The notes beneath the pieces are model-generated. The model saw nothing but the letters and a program-made list of their open reading frames with translations, was not told the DNA's origin and did no database searches. This document shows, piece by piece, positions 49,901 to 61,900 of a stretch of DNA of 64,000 nucleotides. Position numbers and translations under genes: made by a program. Source of the DNA: Lingula anatina (lineage: Eukaryota > Animalia > Brachiopoda); the NCBI GenBank assembly GCA_051362555.1, contig CM120643.1:2542001-2606000 (forward strand), given 5' to 3'. Each line of letters starts with the position of its first letter. Within the stretch, counting starts at the first letter, position 1.

Positions 49901-52900
49901 GTGATACAGAACTCAGATGTTACTGAAGTAAAAACACAAGCATGCACCAACCATTAGCAAAAACACGCGTCGTACTCACCCTCTGCTGTGGTGTAATGGC
50001 TAGCATCCTCCCAATGAACACGCGGTGAGATATCAACTCCAACCAGGCAAAGGCAAACCCTGGAGCTTTGGCTGGGCGCAAGATGTGGAAAGTATTGCTA
50101 GAAAGAGAAACACTGGTTACAGATAAAAGTATTCAACAAAGTATTGCTGGAAAGAATAACATTGGTTTAATATAATAGTATTCAACACATCATTGTGAAA
50201 CTTCCATCAAAGGCCACCATTGATCCCTTGGGTCCAATATTAACCAGCATTGCTAAAATCTATGGTTTTACAGTCACAAAATTTGCTACAAACTATGAAC
50301 AGCACTCACCAGAAAGCCGTCAGCACCTGGAAGTTGATGCTCTCCAGGACGTGTTCGGGGGCGTTCAGCTCAATGAACAGCATAATGAAGATCCTGTGGT
50401 AGGGGAGCTGCTGGAAATCTGTCCCTCTCACCTCGTGATCCTGCAGCAGGACGCCAGCCACTATCCCCAGAACCTGACATATGAGAGGAGAATGCATGAG
50501 AGACAAACTCAAATATGGAGGATACATTTTCTTCAAAGCACCGTTTCAGAAAATTACTTAGATGACAGGTGATCTCATTTTTTCAGACTGAAAAATTCTA
50601 ACCTACTTAATCCCAGGATTGTCATTTACTAAAAGTATATCTAAAATCAACATATTTAACATATTTCCCTTGGTGCTAAGATAATATGGATAACTTTTTG
50701 GGTCTTTAAGGTTCAACAAACACATCTTTTTCAGCATGTGAAATCTCTGAAATTACAGTTTTTCAATCTAAATCAAGACCTCCTAAACTGTCTCACCTTA
50801 TTCAGCAGGTTAATCTTGGTCACAGTGTTGGCTGAGTCACCAGAGTGTTTCACCAGGAGAGCAATGAGCCTCACAAAGGCGTCTAGAGTGTGAAAACACT
50901 TGGCTCGTATCAGAGTGGGGCTGCTCTGCTCTGACAGTGCTCTGTAGCAAAGGTCCACGCACATCTCGGTACAGAGGCGGAAGAACCGGGTGATCAGGTC
51001 GTCTGTCTTCAGGATACCCTGCTGGTGCATCTGAAGTGAGACAGGAAGCTGTACATTTTGTATACCATGTATTTAAATGTGATCATATCATTTAGCACAC
51101 TGTCTCTTTTAGAAATTACTCACAGCTATTATAGCATCAGCTGGTATCGCTTTGTCATTAACTGTTGGTGCTGCAGTAGCCTTAGATAATATTTCATCAA
51201 GACAAAGTTCACACTTTATAGCAAAATATTAATAAATACTTATTAACTAAAACAATTGGAATTTCTTCAATTTTTAAAAGATAATTCACTTTATCTCAAG
51301 TTTTTGGTAAGAATTACAGAACTTTTGCAACAGATCTCAAATTCATTATCAAAAAACCTAGGACCTTCACCAGGAAACCGTACCTGCTGTACGAAGGCAG
51401 AGAATGCCTTGGTGCTGTCCCTGCCTGCGGCTGGTGAGTGGTACATGTTGACCCACTCGCGCAACAAGAATTCAGTCTTCTCATGCAGCCCTGGGGGGTC
51501 ATCAAACTCCCGCGCCTGGGATATCCCAGACTGCATCATGCTGGTGGGGCCCCCTGGTGTCCTGTCCATCATACTGGTGTCGTTCTGGGCGCGGATGGCC
51601 TCGATGAGAGCGGCAAGACCGTCTGGGGCTTGGCGGGAGTGGATGGCAATGCGACCCAAAGTCTCAATAGTATTGTAGAAGTCTGCCTGGAATGTGAAAA
51701 TACTCTGTTCCAGTCTGTTCTTCAGTAATGTGTGATAAAAACATGAAGATCTTTTCTTTTCCTTGTTTTTAACTACAAATTTTGCCAGACCTCTGGTGTG
51801 CCAAAAAGAGGCAGTTGCCAAAAGAGCCAACATCTTTTCACCTCTCTGCAGCAAGTCATGTTTTCAAAGCTGACTACTTAGAGTTAGTTACCAAGAAATC
51901 TGCCAAGCTGAACTTTTCACCAGGGAACAGGGAGCCATATTTTTTTCAATCAAACTCAATGCACTAAGTTAGTAACCCCATAAGTTGCTGTATACCCTTA
52001 CCTCAGTATTGGTGGCCATGCCAGTTTGTTTTTCTTCCACACAATATCTCTGCACTAATTGCATGGCAAAGGCCACAGCCATGTAGTTCAGACCATTCTC
52101 CATTTGCTGAAAGAAGGAACACCACATCATAATATTTGAAATATATTTTAGACAAATTCTCTTAATCTAGTAGATTACTATAATCACATCCTGAATTGAG
52201 GTTGAATGAACTTCAGTATCTTAGGGAGGTTTGATCAGAGGCTCCTCACTCACCTGTGCCAGGTGCAAGTCATACTGCTGCATGTTGACCAGGTGGCTTT
52301 TGATCAGGCAATCTACGGCGTCCAGGTTGTACCTGTAGTCCTCACGACACTCCACCAGACACCTGTAACACAAGCCAGGACCATAGCATTATAACATCAA
52401 AACTCCCGATAAACAGACTTTGTAATGTATAAAACATTGCACTCTCACAGGCCTCATTCAGAAAAGAGACCAAACAGATCCGCATGTCAAATACTTGAAT
52501 GCTTGATGCGTAATCCCTGCAGGAAATCTATTCAGTGTCTAATGCTGAATTAGGCAGCAAGCTTTGTAGTGGGTGGCCATATTTGATCTGACACAAGACA
52601 GAAACCAGTGTAAGTGTTATTATCAATTTTTTAAAAACTTTATTTAAAGAAGGTAAACATGTTAAGCGTAAGCTTATCTTCTGGCCCAATGTTACCAGTT
52701 ATTCAGCAACACTGGCTCTGTTCCCTACTTCAACCTTTATCTGCCGAGTGCTAAGCAAGGAGACAGGTGGTCTTTGGTATGACCTGGCCAAAGATTGAAC
52801 CCAGGACCTACTGCTCCGCAGGCGAGCACTCTACCATTATTCTGGTACTAACCTGGTCACCTGCTTGTTGGTCCACTGAGGTCCGTAAGCCCTGGGATCC

Positions 52901-55889
52901 TGAAGTCCGCGGAGGACAAGGAGATGGCAGTCGCGGTACCTGATCAGCAGCTCAGTGTCGGTGAGAGATGGGTTCAGGCCCTCCAGTAATCCCTCTACTG
53001 TCTATAACAGATAATGCAGTAAACACATGACTGTTTTTACAACTACTTGAAAGATGTTTCTTTCCTGCACAAAAAATCAGTCTAATTTTTCTTTTGTCAT
53101 TCCTTTTCTTTTTTTTTTTTTTTGTAACCTGATACTATTTTTATAATTATCCTTATAATTATTATTTTTCATAATTGCTTGTCAATGATAAATATTCAAA
53201 ACAAAACTAAAAAAAAAATTTCATGTGGCATCATGTCTTAAGTCACTGGTTGGCAACTGACAGCAGCCACCTCTATGTCTGACTTATAGAATTACATGAA
53301 ACTTCACAAAATCACTGTAATACTATAACAATTTTATTAAAATTTTTGTATCAAAACAAAGATTATGTGGACAACCACAGCATGACTGAAAGACAACAAT
53401 ATGATTTACGTACAACTAATTTATGACACTGTTAACATTTTCACCCATTACAAGATGCAAAATGAAACCAGATCTTACCTTTTGCAGCAGAGAGAGTGCT
53501 GTCACGATTTCCCTTGAGTTCCTGGCCAGCACGACAGCGTCCAGGATACCATGAAGTGCCGCCACGTGAGCAGTGGACTGAGGCGCTATTATCTGTTTAA
53601 GTTGGTTGTCAATTTCTGTGGCAATCTTCTCGTAAATTGCAGTGATTTCATCAGTGGCGGCGTAGCTGGCTGGTGGTTTGGCTGGGTACACGCCAGCAGC
53701 AGCAGCAGCGGCGGCAGCAGCAGAAGTTGGTGGCGCCGTTTCTGGTGCATTGGGCAGGAATCCTGGGATATTTCTGTGGAACTCTTCATAGACGGAGATC
53801 TGCTGAGGAGTGACCCCACCCACCTGGTATAGAAAAGTGATGATAGGGATAGAACATGTGGTAGAACTGAAACTTCTGACAGCTTGTAAGATGAATTTTT
53901 GAAAATCTTACTTCCATCAACAGATGCTATGATGATGTTAGTATGTAGTTGGGGGACATATTTTCAAATGTTATCAAAACTGGGCTATGTGAAATCATGT
54001 TTGTAGAGGCCACTGATAAAATATGTGCTTGTAAATCCAATTTTTCTTTAGCCCAATAAGACAATGTTAAACATTTGGCCTAAATTTACTTCTCTAAAGT
54101 GAAGCTAGCCGTAACAACATCCATCTTCCAAATCAAAAATTTTTTCTTCTAATTGAAAGAAATTATCCTTGAGTCCCTCTCACCTTCAGTCTAATCTGCT
54201 CTGGCATTCTCTCTGCCTGATACGTGAGGACCACGGGGTCACAGTAACGCCGCCCCTCGTTCCTGGCATGTTTTCTGAGGTCATACTCTGTGGCCAGGCG
54301 GCGGTCAATCTCAGCTATCGCCTTCTCCACGGCCGTCTTCTGGATGAAGGCGCAGGAGAGCTCAGTGTTATCCTGGGCGATGATGGGGGCGGCCTGCTCG
54401 ATCAGCTCCTTCTGGGGCTGCGTTGCACCCTGGGGGGTGATACCAATGGAAATTTATGAAGATACAGAAATTTATGAGTCAACAAAGTATATATAAGAAA
54501 GGTGGCTGGGGCAATTTATCTTTTGAGAGAAAAGAGACTTTTTGGCTCCCCAAGAAGTAGGAAATCTCCTGATAGTCACAAAAATCTCATCCCTGAGAAA
54601 AACGAGAAATGAATTAGGAGGGTCTATTGAATGCCATACACCTTCCCATGTCAACAATACGAAAACACCAAAACAAGGTAGAAATCCCTATCATAAAAAC
54701 ATGCAGCTTTTAATATAAACAGTGAGTCAAACGAGACTTAAATCTCCCCAACTCAAAGAGGGTGCACATATTTCCCGTGCACCCCCTCCACAACCCTACC
54801 TTGAGTATACTGAGGAAGGTGTTCTTGATCTGTGTTCCTATGGTGATGAGGAGTGGCTCACGGCAGGTGATCAGAGCCATGGCTGCCGTCATGCTACGCA
54901 CCATGTGATGGGCGGCAGAGCGCAGACGTGCCTCCTCAGGGTCTAAGGCAAAATCCTGCCGAAAAAAGGCAGTTAAATATCAAGTTGAGCAAGCAAAACA
55001 ATCTGAATGTTAAATGCTTCTGATGCCAAAAATATCTGTAGGGAACTAAGGGACCATAAAAATCACAATTACAAACAAAGGTCCCTACAATTTGAAAGTA
55101 CATTAACTTTAATCTTTTCCACTGACTTTTGAACACTTTTCTATTTTTTTAAGTTTAGAATGCTCTATTTTACAAAATAACCAAAATACAAAACATTATA
55201 ACAATTTCCTTCAAGTAACAAATATAATTGTGATATTCACATATCTGTTGATCTTTCTTGCACTGAGATGTACCTACCTTTTTGACAATCATCTCGCAGG
55301 TGGTGAGCGCAATCTTAATGGAGCGTTCAACAACAGGTGGCAGCAGCTCCTGCACGGCCCTCTCCAGGGCGGGTCTCACGTACTGCTTCAACTGGGGATG
55401 GGCTTGGAACAGGGCAAGCTGGAACGATACAGAGAGGTGCAACATGAGATCATTTGAGGAAAATAGATTAAACATAATTACTAGCCTGAATATGGTAATC
55501 TACATACTTTACTGGTGCATTTTAATATCATATCCAAGGTTAACAATTCAATCATCTGGGATATATCCCAAGACAGGTTTAAACAATTGAAAAACTTACT
55601 AAAATGAGAGAAAGTTTTACATGATAAAAACATATCTGTTCCCCTTCCGAGCCCAGCAATTTCCCTATTGAACAATCAGTGCATCTGGCAACTGTCAATT
55701 TAAATTTAATTCAACACAATTGTTGCAGTTTTCACAAGTGTTTTATGGCAGTAGTCATCATAAAGCATGACTGTGAAATAAGACATTCATTTACCCAGCA
55801 TTTACCACTAAACGGGAATACATATCCTGAATAGCTGGCTTAATAAACTGGGAACCTGAACTTACACTTTCTACCTCTCTCTCTTTCTC

Positions 55890-55939
<50 letters not shown>

Positions 55940-55947
55940 GTGTGAGC

Positions 55948-55978
<31 letters not shown>

Positions 55979-58900
55979 GAGCTAGAATAACAATAATAAA
56001 CTTAATCTCACCTCATACACCATAACTGAAAGCGTACTTTATATTTAAATTTTCCTCATTATGAGAAACAAGACTACACGATTTCCATCAACTTCCCCCT
56101 TCCATAAGAACACACTCACCTGTTCATTGATAGAGACATGGGCGGCCAGTCCCGTCAAACTGGACACATTTACATCGCCAAATGCAAACTGTGGCTGAGG
56201 CGGTGTCATCATGGCTGCCGCCGGTGTGCTGGTCACCACTGGTGTTGGTACAGTGGTGGTGGCACTCACGCTGAATGTTGTCAGGGACGTCGTGGAAGAT
56301 GGTGCCTGGAATATCAATTATCTTTATAGTGATGTTTTACCAAAAGTGGTGCACAGTATTTGTAATCAGATACAGTTTTTAAAGGCAAAAGTATGGGTGT
56401 TCTTTCAGTGAAAGACATATATCTTGATTATGCCAGAAAGAATTTCAGATAAATAACTCTTATTTACAGTAAAGCCATGACAAGTTGGTGAAATTTTATA
56501 GCCAAATATATTATGGCTATGTAAAATTTCCTTATTAAAATATCAATCTTTGAAAAAAATTTATCACTGATACACATTGCTTTTTCTCATTACACCCTAA
56601 AATGGCCAAAATATGCATAAAATGCCTGGAGATGCTCATTTAAAGCTAGTTACACCCTAGAGAGTGACGATCCCTGCAGTCTCTCTCCCTGGCCCACTGC
56701 TTACCTCTTCCATTCCCCCCATCCCCATGGCCAGGGAGGGAGGGGGCACCTGCAGCTGCTCTGAGGTCAGAGGTTCCTTGGGTTTAGGAGGACTCAGCTG
56801 GGGCACCAGACGCTCCATACGGGATGGGTCCTTTAAGTAGTGACCGGCGGTCAAGTCAGACTGGAATGAAAAATAATCATTTAACTTATCAAAACAGTTA
56901 ATTAGACTAGTGACTCATTATTTATTATTTACAGCCATTCCAACTTGTTTGCTTTTGTAATTTGCTTCATATTATATGGATTCTTTTATCTAACATTCAG
57001 TGATAGAATCCAGGCAACTATGAACTTAACAACTGTGCCCTCCCCCATAAAAATTTTTAATATTTTTAAAAACTTATTAACCTACACAGTACCCATTTAT
57101 TTCAGTACCATGTGTTTTATAAAACAGGCACGGAAGTTCTATTAAACTGATACTGATTTTTCTTAAGTAAAATTAGACTGAAACTGTCCTAAAAGCTTAG
57201 ACCAACTTTCTGCAAAACGTTTGTGAAACAGTTAAATTATGTGACTTTGTTCATGCGTGTGTGCATGTCTTTAAGTGAATGCGTAAAAAAAAAGGTTGAG
57301 TCCTACTTACGTTGATGTCAATATTGAGAGTTTTACACAGGACTTCAATCTCAAACTTGAGGTTCAGCTTCAGTTCATGCTCCTGGTGAAGTTCTGCCAG
57401 GACATTCATGATCCCCATGGTCCATGGGTTGGGGGGCTTGAATACCTGGAACACACCAAATAGGGGGGTTAACAACAGAATTTACACAAAATGCAGTGAA
57501 GGAATTCAGTATCTATTCATGGAACTTGAACAAAGTGCAGGAAAAATGCTGCTGTTACTTGCCAAATGTAAACAAATTCTACAAATATGGTAATTATTTA
57601 AAAATTCAAACAAAACTGCTGTTATTACTATTACTGCTATTGGTAAACAAATTCTGCAAATGTTGTAATTATTCAGAAATTCAAACAAAACTGCAAATGA
57701 GATATACAATTCCTGACCCTGGCCAGGTTTTTACACCCTGCTTCTGGGTTATAAAGTAAGAGACAGCAGGTGCTATTTTTGAATTTTCTTTTTAAACCTG
57801 CAGTATTCCTAACTTACCCTGCTTTTGGAGGAGGACTCGATCACTTTGGCCACAAAAGGGACGACGTAGAGCAACTCGCGCTCCCCCTTGCTGTAGGCCT
57901 CATATAGGAGAGACTTCAGGTCAATGTCCTGAAATACAGACATACATCACGTCACGGAAATCTATCCAGTAACAACATGTGAACTTGTTGGCCATTACGC
58001 GCATACATAATATTTTCATATCTATTTCCGGACCTATCATACTAAGACCCCATTCCCAGAGATTAGATCCATCCAACTAGATTGACCTAACTCCCTGGGG
58101 GTTCACGCTAAATAGCTGTCAGCCGAGCGGGCAGGAAAGTTAATTACCCCCTTACAGCTTGTAGTAGGTGGGACGGACACTTAAGCCGGATTATCTGACA
58201 GTAATCTAGTGAGACTCCCCGCGGGGATAGATCAATCTAAAATCTATGGGAATGCGCCCTTAGTCTGGCTATACGTTGTTACTAGGACGTATGACTATCA
58301 CAAAACTTTGTTCATTTTTCTGAACCCTGATGCCATCAAATAAGCTTTGGTCTTCCAAGTCTTCTGTCAACAATGGAAAAACTCCAAAGGGGTGGTAGAC
58401 AACAAACAGCATTCATATCAACTAATATTTCTTCTCCCTCTTACGTTATTTTCAGTATGAAGAAACAGTTTTTAAACCCAATGCATCTCCCAATGGTATA
58501 AAATCATGACAAAAAAGTACATTTTAAAACCAATCACCTAGAATGAAAACTTTTCAAAACCTGACCACCAAAATTACCCACGTTTAACCCAAGTCCCCCC
58601 AGTTTGTTCTACTTACCACGTGGAGGATAGGTTTGTTCTTGGCCAGGGTCAGCATGCCCAGCCAGTGACCTAGATTCTTCAACAGCGTCCTGTCTGAAAA
58701 GTTTGCTACCGCCTTGTCACTTCGCAACAGAATCTGAAATCACAAGACCGTTTACTTAATCTTTTATGACCTTTGACCTTCTCTTTCCATAAATGAATAT
58801 TCTAATATTAGAATAAACTGAACAAAATTGAATACAAAGTTAGATATGATTTAAAGTCCAATTGAATACATATTACACAAAAATTTACTTAAAAGAAACC

Positions 58901-61900
58901 TGAATTTTTTTATACTGATCCTAATGTGAAGGAGACTGGCTAATATTTCCTTGTAAATCATCTGTCCAGCCAAAAGTTGAACCATTTTATCAGTGCCCCA
59001 GTCCCCCCACCTTAATGTTCCTGTACGTCTCCGAGATAATCATGTCCGACAGAGGCTGGATCTTCAAGACCTCAGCAAAGTTGGCGTAGAGCGTGTGGAA
59101 GTTGGGTTCGATGCTAGCCCTCTTCATTACCATGTACTGGGAGACCCAGGGGATGTAGTCTAAGCTGACGTGTTCACGCAGCTCCTCTGCCTGTGTGGGG
59201 AAACAGAATATATACATAATACAGAGTAATGGCAGCTTTTCCCCCTGTGTGGGAGGAAAACAGAATATATACCTAACCTAAATACACAGTTATGGCAGCT
59301 CCTTTGCCTGTGTGGGGGAACAAAATATATATACATACACAGTTATGGCAGCTTTTTCACCTGCCTGGCAGGATCAAAACACCCTCAATATTCACTAACA
59401 TATCACATTAATTCCAGTGACTCTCTTACACACTCAAAGGGGACTCGAGTCTATAAGACTAAATGAAATCTTTCAAACGGTGAAAATCCCCCTTTCCCTG
59501 CTGGTACAGCACCCATCCACCCCTCTTACCTTCTGGGCCATGTTAGCCAGTGACAAGTTGTTGAAGATAAAGAACACTTTGTCTTGGAGAGCCTCTGGGG
59601 GGACGCTGGTCTCCTCTTTCCCCTCTGTCCCTGCCAGCAGGGTGTCAATGTTGGTAGCATTAGCTATAGACGGCTGGAACAACACAGAGATGACAAAATG
59701 TGAAATACAATAACCATGGGTAAATAAAAATTCATGTCTCTGACTGCAGACTGTTGAAAAGAATGTGAATAATTTTCTTTTTAGAGTTAATAACAACTGA
59801 AACAACAACACATTCACCAAGTTTGAAGTAGTTTCAGCAATAATACAATTCTTTGGTAAGTAAAAACCGACAATGGCAAATAATTTAATGATTAACATAA
59901 TTACATAAGTAACTAAATGCATTTTCCTGGCAGTAGAGGAATCACAAATAACCCTACCTTGGTCTGGAAACTAACACTCGTAGGTTTGGTGACGGCAGCA
60001 GTCGCAGCGGCCGTGGTCGTGGTGGTTGTCACGGTGACAGTACTGACCACAGGGGGTCCACTGGGAGTCAGGCTCCGGGTGGAGCTGGTAGAGACCACAG
60101 GACCCTGGGGGCGGTTGGGGGGCTCCTGGGAGCGGGACCCGAAGTCCACGTACTCTATCATGTGCTGGGGGAACTGGCTGAAGTGAGGGATTCTAGCCAG
60201 GTGTTGGCAATACACTGGGTAGTCCTTCAGTCTGGAACAATATAGGTCAAAGGTTATGAAAAACTAGGTCAAAGGTCATGGAAAACTAGGTCAAAGTTTG
60301 TGAGTAACTAGACTTAAGGTCACAAGGTATCAGAATTGATAATGATTAACATGCTGAATCTTCAAATAGGTTGAACTTGTTTTGTCTGCAGTGGAGAATT
60401 TATCCATTCATTAAAGTCAAATACATCACATTCATACTTGACTATTCTGAATGGTTAAAATAAAATCAACAAGGGCAAACAATTTCCACATACTACAGTT
60501 GACAGTACAGCATGTAATCAAGTGAAGGAAAAAGATCAAATGGCAGATACACGATTAAAGAATTTGTGCAATTTAGTCAATATCTTCCTAAGTTAATTTT
60601 TTCTTCCCACTAACACAGGTTTTGTTAACATTTGTTAAAGTCTTCCAAACTTTCCAATTATAACAGATGATTCCCCCCCCCCAAAAAAAATCTCCAATCT
60701 CCCCCTTTACTCCTTCCCAAATCTCCATGCATACCCCCCCCTCTTTACCTGGTTTTGAACCTGTCCAGTGCAGCTATTCCAAACAGGTACATCTTGCTCC
60801 CACTCGGCTTCCTGAGAGCATCCAGCACGTATCTCAATGCTACGCCTAGCGCCATGTAACTAAAAATATCAACACAATTCCATAAGTCAGCACGCCCACA
60901 CAGGACATCACAAGGCTTGGATTGTTAATGAACAATACAAACAAGGTAAAAAAAATATAATAAAATCTTAAAATATTATGTCTTATAAGTGACAGGGCTG
61001 TAGCATGCCCATGTAGGACAGGGGTGGACTGAAGCCATCTTCTGCCCCTTCAGCAAACATTGGCGGATATCTAATTATTTTTTCTGTTGGAACTCAGTCA
61101 AAATTGGAGGATGGATCAACAAGAATAATTAAGAAGACTGTCAGAAAATATTGCTGGAATCACCTCTGTAAGACATCTCAGGTCTTGGATTGAAAATATA
61201 CAGTTCAGGTAAAATAATAGAATAAAATCTCAAAAAATTATTTCCTTTATCTGATTAAACAATAAACCCAGTCTGCAGTTAAGACCAACTATTGACTCAA
61301 ATTCTTGCTCTCCCCATACAAAAGATTTATTATCAAACAACTTACGTGACAAGTCCTTGCTCGATAATTCCACCAAACAAGATGGCGGTGGTCTGCAACT
61401 CTTTCTCAGGGTATTGTGGGAAGAATCGGTACTCCTCAAACAAGTTGCGCAGCATGCACGCAAAAACATCCTGGATAACATAAATGTGAATACTTTAAGA
61501 AATGCACCAAGCAGAAGTGATAACAGATTTGCGGAAAAAATTTAATGACTGTTTTTCTCTTCAGGTAAAAAGAGATAATTGAAAATGGAGCAAATAGGCC
61601 AAACGGATACGGATATGGAGAAATAGTAGCAGAGAACCTTTTCCAATACCAATCTGTCTGCCATCTGCTCTCCTTCAGATTCAGAACAAAATATTATAAA
61701 TAAAAATTAAATAAAATAAAAAATTAATTAATTAATACAACTCAAAGTTAATAATTAATAACCCACCCGTTCTTTCTTCACGGGGGAGTCCTTGAACCTC
61801 TTCAGCATCTCGAGGACCTCGTCAATAGTGATGGTTGGGTGTGGCGGGTGGTTGTAGATCCTCTGGAAATACGAGTTGGCCTCGTCTTCCACCTCCTTAG

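Noticed and set aside
51134-51203. UUGAUGA..CUGA C/D-like pair on the minus strand
   Set aside because: No terminal stem, imperfect box C and no clear internal boxes.
60996-61132. Two-hairpin structure with ACA on the minus strand of a CNOT1 intron
   Set aside because: The hinge reads AGATAT rather than ANANNA and ACA spacing is off; not supportable by eye.
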